Positions 52,943-61,949 of a DNA stretch of 64,000 nucleotides are shown here, in pieces; positions within the stretch are counted from its first letter, which is position 1, and the number at the start of each line of letters is the position of its first letter. Origin of the DNA: Escherichia phage GEP101; the sequence record PQ036202. The stretch is one strand, 5' to 3'. The notes beneath the pieces were generated by a model. The model was not told the DNA's origin. It worked only from the letters and a program-made list of their open reading frames with translations, and did no database searches. Made by a program: the position numbers and the translations under genes.

Positions 52943-53824
52943 ATGAAAACATCTATCCGTGTTACAGTTCATTCACCAACTAAAGGGACTCATGAAGAAG
53001 AGTTTAACATCATCCAATTCCCTTCTGGTGAGATTGGTGGACACTTTTCACCAGAGTTTGTTGATTTTACTACCTATGCAGCATCATCTATCAACAATGT
53101 GATTATGATTGTAAAAGGCTATGATAAAGATATATTGTTTGCTGTGGCACTTGCTAAAGAGGCAGTGGACAACTTAGTACCTCATAAGTTTGCTATGAAG
53201 ACTGTTATCTTTTACTATTTACCAAATGCACGTTATGACCGTCACATGTTTAAAGGTGATGCAGCAGCTTTGAAAGTGTTTGCACAACAGGTTAATGCAA
53301 TGGGTTTTGATGCAGTCTGTGCAGTTGACCCTCACAGTTATGTGCCAGATAACCTGTTTAACTGCTTCCAGAGCATTCCTCAAAAGGAAATTGCAGTCCA
53401 CTATGCAAATGACCCACTGGTTGATTACTTAGTAGCCCCAGATGCAGGTGCTTCTAAGAAGATTGCAGAAACTGCTAAAGAAGTGGATAAACCATACATC
53501 ACAATGTCTAAAGTACGTAACCTTAAGACTGGTGAAATTACTGGTATGCGAATCCTTGATGATGTTGATTTGACCGATAAAACTGTTATGATTCTCGATG
53601 ATATCTGTGATGGTGGTCGAACCTTCATAGAAGCAGCTAAACATCTTCGTGAAGCAGGTGCAAAACGTGTGGAACTCTATGTAACTCATGGTATCTTCTC
53701 TAAAGGTGTTGAAAACTTACTTGACAATGGTATTGACCATATCTACACTACAAACTCTTTAGGGGAAGCTAAAGACCGTGGCTTAACACATTATGCCCAA
53801 GTTACTGTAGCAAACCTTGATTAA
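52943..53824 (+). CDS. ribose-phosphate pyrophosphokinase-like enzyme (Prs family; candidate NARP1 Adps)
   Basis: PRPP-binding-like motif VMILDDICDGGRTF; ATG 52943; immediately upstream of NAMPT homologue. Confidence 0.75.
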   Translation: MKTSIRVTVHSPTKGTHEEEFNIIQFPSGEIGGHFSPEFVDFTTYAASSINNVIMIVKGYDKDILFAVALAKEAVDNLVPHKFAMKTVIFYYLPNARYDRHMFKGDAAALKVFAQQVNAMGFDAVCAVDPHSYVPDNLFNCFQSIPQKEIAVHYANDPLVDYLVAPDAGASKKIAETAKEVDKPYITMSKVRNLKTGEITGMRILDDVDLTDKTVMILDDICDGGRTFIEAAKHLREAGAKRVELYVTHGIFSKGVENLLDNGIDHIYTTNSLGEAKDRGLTHYAQVTVANLD

Positions 53825-53831
53825 AACTTTA

Positions 53832-53854
53832 TAGGGGCTTTTAAGCCCCATTTT
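53832..53854 (+). terminator. hairpin with short T-run
   Basis: TAGGGGC-TTTTAA-GCCCCA followed by TTTT. Confidence 0.35.
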
Positions 53855-53869
53855 GAGAGAGATTAAAAG

Positions 53870-55651
53870 ATGACTAAATCACTTTATGCAGTGCCAGCAG
53901 GTTTAAACGCAGATGCTTACAAGGCATCACATATATATCAGTATCCAGATGCCACACAGTACCTTATGCTGAACCTGACACCACGTAGTGATAAATGGTT
54001 TAACAGTCCTTTAGCCATTGACGGTGTAGTTGCTTTTGGTATTCAACGTTTTGTTAAAGATTATTTAATAGACCACTGGAATGCCACCTTCTTTGAACGT
54101 GACAAAAAAGAAGCAATTGACGAAATCTTAGAAGTCATGAACGGTGTTCTGGGTAAAGATGCTATTGGTCGAGAACACTGGGAAGCACTACATGACTTAG
54201 GTTATCTACCAGTTGAAGTGTACGCTGTAGAAGAAGGCACAGTTGTACCTATGCGTGTACCAATGATTGTCTTCCAGAACACTGTTTCAGGTTTCCATTG
54301 GGTAGCTGGGTATCTGGAAGATGCTTTCTCTGCTGAGATTTGGAAGGCTTGTACCATTGCAACTATTGCATTGCACTACAAACGTATCTGTAAGAAGTGG
54401 TCTGACCTTACTTGTGACAATGACTTGCATTTGCCTTATCAGTGCCATGACTTTGCTATGCGTGGTATGTCTGGCTTTACTGATGACGCATTTAACGCTG
54501 TAGGCCACTTAACCAGCTTTAAAGGAACTGATAGCTTCCCTGCTGTATATACAGCTAAACGAATCTATGGACAGTCCTACCCAATCTCTGATATTGGCAG
54601 CTCTGTACCAGCCACTGAACACTCTGTAATGTGTGCAAACATTGCTTGGGAAGGTGGTAATGAGTTGATTGAAGAAGAAAGACGCTTTAAAGGTGAGTTA
54701 CAAACCTTCCGTCGTTTCTTAACAGAAACTTACCCAACTGGTATTGCAAGTGTTGTTTCAGACACTTATAATTTCTGGAGAACTGTATCAGAAATCTTAC
54801 CAGCACTTCGTAAAGAGATTATGGAACGTGATGGTAAACTGGTAATTCGTCCTGACTCTGGAGACCCTGTACATATTGTCACAGGTTATAAAGCAATCCA
54901 CTTAGAGTGTGCTAAAAAGGCTTATTACGAACACCTAAGCAAGCTGGAAGCCAGCGACACAAAGTTGAATGCTGTTCTGAACATGAATCTTGAAGACATT
55001 CACTATATTATGGCTGGGTGGTTACGTACAGAAGGCTATGAAATGGTGGTTGACAGAGAAGACTTTGAAGTAGCTGATACAGTGCTTCTGAAAGATGCCT
55101 ACATCAATGGCTCTGCAAACGTTGTAACACGTCCTGTAGCAGAGATTGATGGGGCTATTAAGACCCTGTATAACATCTTTGGAGGGACTATCAACTCTAA
55201 AGGCTTTAAGGTACTGGATGAGCACATTGGCCTTATCTATGGTGACTCTATCACGTTGGAACGTGCAAACGAAATCCTGAAGCGTTTGTATGAAATGGGT
55301 TTTGCAAGCTCTAACGTAGTGTTTGGTGTAGGTTCTTACACTTACCAGTACATGACTCGTGACACCTTTGCATTTGCTGTCAAAGCAACTCTTGCAAGCA
55401 TTGGTGGTAAAGAGATTATGCTTGCAAAAGACCCTAAAACAGATAGCGGTGTTAAGAAGTCTGCTTTTGGTGGTGTAGCACCTATGTGGGATGGTGATAA
55501 GCTGAAAGCTGTAGATGGCTATGGATTCCAGAGCTTTGCAGATGTGCTTGAACATCCAGCTTGTGCTTTACGTTTAATCTTTAGTGACTCTGAGCAGTTC
55601 GGTTACACAACTCTTGGTGATATTCGAAATAATATTGACAAGCAGCTTTAA
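53870..55651 (+). CDS. nicotinamide phosphoribosyltransferase family protein (candidate NARP1 Namat)
   Basis: DFAMRGMSG, SVPATEHSV, VVSDTYN, IRPDSGDP motifs characteristic of the NAMPT family. Confidence 0.85.
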   Translation: MTKSLYAVPAGLNADAYKASHIYQYPDATQYLMLNLTPRSDKWFNSPLAIDGVVAFGIQRFVKDYLIDHWNATFFERDKKEAIDEILEVMNGVLGKDAIGREHWEALHDLGYLPVEVYAVEEGTVVPMRVPMIVFQNTVSGFHWVAGYLEDAFSAEIWKACTIATIALHYKRICKKWSDLTCDNDLHLPYQCHDFAMRGMSGFTDDAFNAVGHLTSFKGTDSFPAVYTAKRIYGQSYPISDIGSSVPATEHSVMCANIAWEGGNELIEEERRFKGELQTFRRFLTETYPTGIASVVSDTYNFWRTVSEILPALRKEIMERDGKLVIRPDSGDPVHIVTGYKAIHLECAKKAYYEHLSKLEASDTKLNAVLNMNLEDIHYIMAGWLRTEGYEMVVDREDFEVADTVLLKDAYINGSANVVTRPVAEIDGAIKTLYNIFGGTINSKGFKVLDEHIGLIYGDSITLERANEILKRLYEMGFASSNVVFGVGSYTYQYMTRDTFAFAVKATLASIGGKEIMLAKDPKTDSGVKKSAFGGVAPMWDGDKLKAVDGYGFQSFADVLEHPACALRLIFSDSEQFGYTTLGDIRNNIDKQL

Positions 55652-55662
55652 AAGTATATGAT
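55635..55662 (+). promoter_or_regulatory. candidate promoter TTGACA-N16-TATGAT
   Basis: Direct read at 3-prime end of NAMPT gene, upstream of 55705 ORF. Confidence 0.35.
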
Positions 55663-55690
55663 AAGAGGCTCCTACGGGAGCCTTTTTAAT
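55663..55690 (+). terminator. rho-independent terminator
   Basis: AAGAGGCTCC-TACG-GGAGCCTTTT hairpin followed by T-run. Confidence 0.5.
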
Positions 55691-55704
55691 TTCTGGAGAG
55701 GATT

Positions 55705-56040
55705 ATGAAAATCAAAGAGATGAATATCAATATTGTCTTAGAAGAACGTTGGGAGAACATCAAGAAGCCTGAAAATGGTCATAAGTTCCTCAACAAAATC
55801 TTAGTAGCAGCTAAAGAAGAACTGACTGGCAAGGTTGCAGCAGCAATCACAATAAAGGTGTGTGTAAAGGGTCTTCCAGACAATCACCAATTTGCACTTG
55901 ACGAGTTTAAAGAAAGCTTCTACAATCCAAACAAACAGATGTTTGAAAGTAACTTTGCAGTATCTACAAGTATCGTCCATGACAGAAGCTTTATCCTTTA
56001 CAAGAATATGAGAGGTGAGTCATGCAAGCATATTGGATAG
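55705..56040 (+). CDS. hypothetical protein
   Basis: 111-aa ORF. Confidence 0.35.
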   Translation: MKIKEMNINIVLEERWENIKKPENGHKFLNKILVAAKEELTGKVAAAITIKVCVKGLPDNHQFALDEFKESFYNPNKQMFESNFAVSTSIVHDRSFILYKNMRGESCKHIG

Positions 56041-56198
56041 AAATTTTACTGTCACTTGGTAGTGTAGCAGTCTTTGTTTACCTTCTTTGCAAGTACTACG
56101 CAGAGCACAAAAAATGTGACTTCTGTAATGGAGAGGGCTATACAAGAGCAGGTTGCTGCCCTATGTGTGGTGGTTCTGGTAAAATGTTTAATAAGTAA
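56022..56198 (+). CDS. small membrane-anchored zinc-finger protein (58 aa), not in ORF track
   Basis: ATG 56022 with GAGGTGA RBS; hydrophobic N-terminus then CDFCNGEGY...CCPMCGGSG (DnaJ-type CxxCxGxG). Confidence 0.35.
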   Translation: MQAYWIEILLSLGSVAVFVYLLCKYYAEHKKCDFCNGEGYTRAGCCPMCGGSGKMFNK

Positions 56199-56226
56199 TT
56201 CAACAGTAAACTAAGAGGAAAGTATT

Positions 56227-58593
56227 ATGCGCATGGTAAACGACCACGCAGAAGTGATTAAGAGTTCAACTTCTTTAGAGACGTCGCAAGCACAGATTAC
56301 AATGACACCTGAAATGTTCAGCCTTCTGAGTTCTGGTGTATATACATTTAAAGAGCGAGCAGTAATTCGAGAACTGTCATGTAACGCAGTAGATGCTCAG
56401 AAAGAAGCTGGAAAAGAGAACATCCCGTTCCATGTGCATTTACCTACTCGTTTTGAACCTTACTTTGAAGTCCGTGATTTTGGAACTGGATTGACTCATG
56501 ATAAAGTTATGAGTTTGTATCTAAACTACGGGGCTTCTACAAAGAATGACTCTAATGACTACATTGGTGCAATGGGTATCGGTTCAAAATCTCCATTTGC
56601 AATTGCTCAGTCATTCACAGTATCTAGCTATGTTGATGGTATTGTTAATAAGTACTCTGTTTACCTTGAGAATGGTATCCCTCAAGTAACTAAGCTGACC
56701 ACCAACCCAACAAAAGAACCTAACGGTTTAGCTGTACGTGTAGCAGTTGCTGACCATCGTATCTCAAAGTTCTTTGAAGAAGCTGGTCACGTATACTCAT
56801 ACTTTGCTGTAAAACCAGAAAGTAATATCGAGTATGACGATGTATTAGCAGATATGAATGTCATTGCCCGTGAAGAAGGTATTTATGATGCCATGATTCA
56901 TAAGCAAAGCTGGCGCTCTAGCAGTAACAGGACAGGGTTTAATGTGGTGATGGGTAACATTGCCTATCCAGTTAACATGGAAGCATTACTTGGTGATGAT
57001 TTCTTCAAAATCTTGCCAGAATTTTTCCGTAGGAGTGTAGACCTTGTAAACATCTACATGCCTATTGGTTCAGTTGCTATAGCAGCTTCTCGTGAAGCTT
57101 TGCAGATGAATGATACGACAAAAAATGCTATCATTGAAGCTACTAAAAAGATAACTGAAGCAATCACAAAGGATGTTATCAAGAAAGTTAATAACCAACC
57201 TACACTCATGGATGCTGCACAGGCTTATGCTGAGTTACGTTTAAACTCACGAGAGATGTTTAATGCTGTGTGTCCAAAGCTAGAGTGGGGAGGCGTGAAG
57301 CTTGATTCTTTGGAAGAAGAATTGCTAAACATTCGTCGTGGAATTATCTACGCAGAAGACGGCTCAGTCATTTACGAACGTGACGGTAAAGGCAATATTA
57401 AGGTTGATAGGAACGGGAACAATATCCCTAGAGTGGATTACCTTTATGACCCAGTTGCTTATGTCAAGTTCAACTCTTTAGAGAGTAAGATTCGTGCAAC
57501 ATCACTTTCCTACACTCAAGAGGCAAGTATGTTCAATATCTTTGGCGCAATGCGTAAAAGCCAAATTGAACAGTTTTTGTTTGTCATAAATGACCGTCGC
57601 AATAAAAACGGTACTGAGAAGACTGTAGGACGCAATCAAATCTTGCGTGGTGCATGTCGAGACTATGCCAGTGAGTCGGATATGTTTCACAGATACAATG
57701 GTATTGTCTTTGTATTCTCTACTGAGGAAGAGCTAGATGATTTAATCAATCTGCACAAACTTGATAAAAGCTTGTTAAAGATTGTGAAGATGTCTGATAA
57801 GGAACATCATTATCAGCGTAAAGAAGCTGTAAGAGGTGTTGTAAAACTTTGGAAAGCTGTTCCAGCAGAAGGTGTAGCTTCATACACAGAGGTGTCAGAA
57901 GACTTAGACACGATTGAAGAGCCTCAGCTTTATATTAAGGCAGTTGGTGACACAGTTGATGGCGAATGTTTTTGCTCATCTCCAGAAGATGTAGCTAAGT
58001 CAGTTGCTAATGTTACAGGTAAGACAGTCTATGTTTTCCGAAAAGCAAATTGGAAAAAGATACCAGAAGACTGGATTGAAGTAGATGAGAAGCTCTTGAA
58101 CGACAGCTTAACTGATGTTCACTGGATTAATCATAACAGGTATATGACACGTATCTATATCAATGGTGTCCTAGACCTTACAAGCAGTTGGATTATTGCC
58201 AGAAACTTTACTTTCAATAACAGGAAGATTTCTCGTGGTTATTGCTATTCACGAGACACAAACAAAACTATCTTCTTAGAAGGTAATGAAGATGCTGTTG
58301 AGGCAATGTTCGGTAAAATCCAATACGTTGCTGCACCATTTGCATACACTTACACTATTAGTGTGTTGCAAGATTTGAAAAGGTGTCTTGACAACGATAC
58401 AAAGCTGTACAAGAAAATCAAGAAGGCTGGTGACCGTATGGTTATTAAGGTGACAAACTATCTTTTAAAAAGAAAACAAGAAAACTTCTTGCTTTCTCAT
58501 TTAGATTGGAATAAAGTGTCACCCATCGAAGTGAGTAAGTTCTTAGGCTTTGATGTGAAGTGTGTTCCAGAAGGGACTACAATTTACGATTAA
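56227..58593 (+). CDS. GHKL-type ATPase domain protein, rIIA-like
   Basis: Bergerat-fold motifs RELSCNAVDA (N box), VRDFGTGL (G1), GAMGIGSKS (G2) near N-terminus; 788 aa followed by a 368-aa gene. Confidence 0.55.
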   Translation: MRMVNDHAEVIKSSTSLETSQAQITMTPEMFSLLSSGVYTFKERAVIRELSCNAVDAQKEAGKENIPFHVHLPTRFEPYFEVRDFGTGLTHDKVMSLYLNYGASTKNDSNDYIGAMGIGSKSPFAIAQSFTVSSYVDGIVNKYSVYLENGIPQVTKLTTNPTKEPNGLAVRVAVADHRISKFFEEAGHVYSYFAVKPESNIEYDDVLADMNVIAREEGIYDAMIHKQSWRSSSNRTGFNVVMGNIAYPVNMEALLGDDFFKILPEFFRRSVDLVNIYMPIGSVAIAASREALQMNDTTKNAIIEATKKITEAITKDVIKKVNNQPTLMDAAQAYAELRLNSREMFNAVCPKLEWGGVKLDSLEEELLNIRRGIIYAEDGSVIYERDGKGNIKVDRNGNNIPRVDYLYDPVAYVKFNSLESKIRATSLSYTQEASMFNIFGAMRKSQIEQFLFVINDRRNKNGTEKTVGRNQILRGACRDYASESDMFHRYNGIVFVFSTEEELDDLINLHKLDKSLLKIVKMSDKEHHYQRKEAVRGVVKLWKAVPAEGVASYTEVSEDLDTIEEPQLYIKAVGDTVDGECFCSSPEDVAKSVANVTGKTVYVFRKANWKKIPEDWIEVDEKLLNDSLTDVHWINHNRYMTRIYINGVLDLTSSWIIARNFTFNNRKISRGYCYSRDTNKTIFLEGNEDAVEAMFGKIQYVAAPFAYTYTISVLQDLKRCLDNDTKLYKKIKKAGDRMVIKVTNYLLKRKQENFLLSHLDWNKVSPIEVSKFLGFDVKCVPEGTTIYD

Positions 58594-58598
58594 AGTGT

Positions 58599-58628
58599 TT
58601 GACAAGGGGCTTCAAAGCCCCTTAGAAT
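58599..58628 (+). promoter_or_regulatory. sigma70-like promoter TTGACA-N18-TAGAAT with hairpin in spacer
   Basis: Exact TTGACA 58599..58604 and TAGAAT 58623..58628; spacer contains GGGGCTTCAAAGCCCC. Confidence 0.4.
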
Positions 58629-58674
58629 AACCTCACAAAATGATTTATTAACTAACAAGAGAGAGAGTAATAAG

Positions 58675-59781
58675 ATGACTACTAAAACTAAAGCACAGAT
58701 TGACGCAGAAATTTACAAACTGGTTAAAGAAGGTAAGCTGACTAAAACAGCTATTGCACAGAAGTTCAATACTTCAACCCGTTCAGTTGGTCGTGCTGTA
58801 GAGCGTCATGAAGCAACCTTAAAAGGTAAGAAAAAGGTAGTTTCTAAACCAGCTACAAAGACTTTGAAACAAGTTGCCAAGACCTTTAAAAAGAAAGCTG
58901 ACAAACCAGTTGAAAAGGTTGTTAAAGACACTGTACAGAAAGCTCCAGTAAATAAACTGCATGAAGCTATGCAGAAAGATGACAAGATTGAGTACATGAT
59001 TACTGGTGACTCTGTAATTATGACTTATGGTTCAGAATCTGAAATTGTTGAGTCCACTCATCCGAACTATCAAGAGATTGTAGTTCATGTTGTGAAAGGT
59101 GAGTTCAAGAAAGCCTTTGAACTGATGAACATTCGTAAGTCTATCGAAAACTTCACTCAGGGTGCTATCACAATCAAAGGTGATAAGCTATTCTACGGTG
59201 CTGTTGAGATGCGTTCTACTCTGGTTGACCGTATCCTTCACATGATGAAGACTGGTGATAAAGGTTTTGAACGACTTGTAATGTTCTTCGAAAAACTGAT
59301 GGAAAACCCATCTAAAGGCTCTGTAGAACAACTGTGGGGATTCATATCTCACCTTGATGTTGAAATTGATGAAGAAGGTTACATTATCGGTTGGAAAAAG
59401 GTACAAAGTAAAGCTGACGGTTCTCTGGTAGACAGCCACACCCATAAAGTACCTAATGACTTGGGTAACCTAGTTGAGATGCCTCGTTGGATGGTTGATA
59501 ATGACCCTAACCGCACTTGCTCTCAGGGTTTACATGTTGGTGCATGGGGATATGTATCATGTTTTGGAGGTGATACCATTCTGAAAGTTCGTGTCCATCC
59601 ACGAGATGTTGTATCTGTTCCGACTGATTACAATGATATGAAGATGCGTGTATCAGCTTATGAGTCTTTTGCGATTGTTGACAGCAACCGTAAAGTTATC
59701 AAGGCTCACTCCGGCTCTGGTGGGTATCGTGTAGTGATTGGTTCTCACGGTGAGTTAATCTCCAAGACAGTACGCGTTTAA
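58675..59781 (+). CDS. hypothetical protein, possible rIIB-like partner
   Basis: Position immediately after rIIA-like gene; basic N-terminus; no motif verified. Confidence 0.35.
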   Translation: MTTKTKAQIDAEIYKLVKEGKLTKTAIAQKFNTSTRSVGRAVERHEATLKGKKKVVSKPATKTLKQVAKTFKKKADKPVEKVVKDTVQKAPVNKLHEAMQKDDKIEYMITGDSVIMTYGSESEIVESTHPNYQEIVVHVVKGEFKKAFELMNIRKSIENFTQGAITIKGDKLFYGAVEMRSTLVDRILHMMKTGDKGFERLVMFFEKLMENPSKGSVEQLWGFISHLDVEIDEEGYIIGWKKVQSKADGSLVDSHTHKVPNDLGNLVEMPRWMVDNDPNRTCSQGLHVGAWGYVSCFGGDTILKVRVHPRDVVSVPTDYNDMKMRVSAYESFAIVDSNRKVIKAHSGSGGYRVVIGSHGELISKTVRV

Positions 59782-59792
59782 TAGTTTACAAT

Positions 59793-59816
59793 AGGCTACT
59801 TCGGTAGCCTTTTTTG
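59793..59816 (+). terminator. rho-independent terminator (UUCG loop)
   Basis: AGGCTAC-TTCG-GTAGCCT followed by TTTTT. Confidence 0.55.
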
Positions 59817-59830
59817 ATATGGGAGGATGA

Positions 59831-60730
59831 ATGGCTAAAGCAGAACTTGATAAATACTACACACCAGATGAAGTAATAAGAGTGTGTGAATATAAGCTAC
59901 AAAAGGTCTTTAAAGGCTCTATTTCGTGCATTATAGACCCCTGTGCAGGTGACGGAAGATGGAAAGATTCTTTTAAGAGGGTTTGTCAAGATGTTGTGCT
60001 ATACGACATCGAACCAGACTCTGAGGATGTTAGTACAAGAGACTTCCTGAAAGATGACTTAGAGATTCCAGATAAACCTTTTGCGATTGTTACCAACCCT
60101 CCATTTGGTAAGGCAAATAGTCTGTCTACAAAGTTCTTTAACAAGGCTGCTACAATGAATCCAGACTACATTTGCTTCTTAGTTCCTATTAACTTTGGGA
60201 AGAAGAATCTTAGCAGACTTAGCAGAGAGTACACCTGCATTGACGAAGTAGAACTACCTAACCTTCATTTTGAAAGGATTGATGGAGTTACCTACTCAGC
60301 AAAAGAGTCGTCACTACGCTGTAACTTCCAAATCTGGAAGAGACAAAAGCGGACAGATGAAACTTGTAAGATTGTTCCTGTGATAGTTGATGGTGTAAGA
60401 GTCTATAAGCGTGAGAAATTCACACTATACAGGCCACCATGTCACAAGATTGATGGTAAAGAACAGCCAGTAGGTGTTTTAGGCAAACTGGATGGAAAAG
60501 ATTTGTTCACGATTATTACACATGGTCGTAAGGCTGGTACTGTGAAGGTCTTTGAACCAGATAAAGATAAGGTGTCTGTGAAACAATTTATCGAGCCTCA
60601 CATAGAAGGGCTTTACTCAGCAATCAAACAGGATTGGTTCGAAGATTTAAGAGATGGTTTTGCGCTGAGTTATGCAGGTTCGATAAATTCACAGGAAATC
60701 ATAGAAACCATAGAAAAACATTTGCATTAA
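59831..60730 (+). CDS. gamma-class N6-adenine DNA methyltransferase
   Basis: YYTPDEV, DPCAGDG (motif I) and NPPF (motif IV) in gamma order. Confidence 0.65.
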   Translation: MAKAELDKYYTPDEVIRVCEYKLQKVFKGSISCIIDPCAGDGRWKDSFKRVCQDVVLYDIEPDSEDVSTRDFLKDDLEIPDKPFAIVTNPPFGKANSLSTKFFNKAATMNPDYICFLVPINFGKKNLSRLSREYTCIDEVELPNLHFERIDGVTYSAKESSLRCNFQIWKRQKRTDETCKIVPVIVDGVRVYKREKFTLYRPPCHKIDGKEQPVGVLGKLDGKDLFTIITHGRKAGTVKVFEPDKDKVSVKQFIEPHIEGLYSAIKQDWFEDLRDGFALSYAGSINSQEIIETIEKHLH

Positions 60731-60785
60731 TAAAAGAATGTGTGTAGTATACCTGTAAACAAACCAAGTAGATGAGAGAGTAATC

Positions 60786-61625
60786 ATGAAATTCAAAGAG
60801 TTCCAGAGCAAAACACCTTGTAAGATTGATTTCGTTTGTGGTGTAGCCTCATTCTTCATGGGGTACATGGACTGGGCTAACTGTGCAAAACCTTACTCAG
60901 CAAACCGTAGCATCGAGCGACGTATTACAAAACCATATCTTAATGAAGACCTTCGTGAGGTGGATTTACGTTCCCGTGTTACGGGTGTACTGTTCAATGG
61001 AGAAGTTATCAACATTGATTCTCATGCTCGTGTAGAGAACTGGAAGAATGGTAAATTAGGTGCTCCCAAGAACGGCCTTGTCTATGTGACCCTGTTTGCT
61101 GTTAATTCACAGGAAGAAGTAGATTTCCTCTACGACCAAGAAAACTCACTGGACTCACGAGCTACGAATGGTGACCAAATTACAACTGCAATACTACGCT
61201 CTGGTTATAAGCCACAGACAGCGTTCACCAAGAAATTTACTGGTGCTGGTGTGTGGGCCTTATTAGGTCTCCGTGGATGCCTTGATGAAGCATTTGTACT
61301 CTATCAAGAAGAGCTTAAACTTATTGATGCACTTGGCATTGATAAGGATGAGATGGATAAGTACAAAGAGAAGACTGTAAATGGTGTTAAGCAGAAGTGT
61401 GAACTGCGTAAAAAGTACTCTGCTCCAATTATGGCAGCAATGCTTAAGAGCTTCAAAGAAAACCCTGAAAAGGCTACAAAGTTCTGGTTGGACTACCGTG
61501 ATGATGATGAGTCTGTAAGCAGCTTCTTAGATGCCATGAAGACCCAGTATGACCAGAATGGTGGTGTGTTTCAAGGTTATGTAATGTCACAAGCTGACGT
61601 TGCATTTAGAGCTTATAAGGACTGA
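60786..61625 (+). CDS. hypothetical protein
   Basis: 279-aa ORF. Confidence 0.35.
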   Translation: MKFKEFQSKTPCKIDFVCGVASFFMGYMDWANCAKPYSANRSIERRITKPYLNEDLREVDLRSRVTGVLFNGEVINIDSHARVENWKNGKLGAPKNGLVYVTLFAVNSQEEVDFLYDQENSLDSRATNGDQITTAILRSGYKPQTAFTKKFTGAGVWALLGLRGCLDEAFVLYQEELKLIDALGIDKDEMDKYKEKTVNGVKQKCELRKKYSAPIMAAMLKSFKENPEKATKFWLDYRDDDESVSSFLDAMKTQYDQNGGVFQGYVMSQADVAFRAYKD

Positions 61626-61860
61626 TATGCAAGTTAAAAAGATGATGGTAAGAGTTGCTCTCAAGTATCTGGGGGCAGCTACACAATACGAAGTAGCAGA
61701 GTACCTCTCTGCAAAGTTTGGTAAAAAATATCTCCCATCGGATTTTACACAGACTTTTATAGACTTAGAGAAGACGAAGACTATCACTAAGTTACCTGTT
61801 AAGCGTCGTAACTTTCGTAATGGGAAACCTACAGGTTTTGGGAACCTCTACGTAATGTAA
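61600..61860 (+). CDS. hypothetical protein
   Basis: 86-aa ORF. Confidence 0.3.
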   Translation: MHLELIRTDMQVKKMMVRVALKYLGAATQYEVAEYLSAKFGKKYLPSDFTQTFIDLEKTKTITKLPVKRRNFRNGKPTGFGNLYVM

Positions 61861-61863
61861 CTA

Positions 61864-61888
61864 AAAGGCTGCTTCGGCGGCCTTTTTT
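61864..61888 (+). terminator. rho-independent terminator (UUCG loop)
   Basis: AAAGGCTGC-TTCG-GCGGCCTTT followed by TTTTTT. Confidence 0.5.
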
Positions 61889-61890
61889 AT

Positions 61891-61918
61891 TTGTATTTTG
61901 TGCAGAGTGCTGTATAAT
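61891..61918 (+). promoter_or_regulatory. candidate promoter TTGTAT-N16-TATAAT
   Basis: Consensus -10 TATAAT at 61913..61918 upstream of lytic transglycosylase gene. Confidence 0.4.
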
Positions 61919-61949
61919 TGTTGTCACGATAAACTAAACAGGAGAACCA

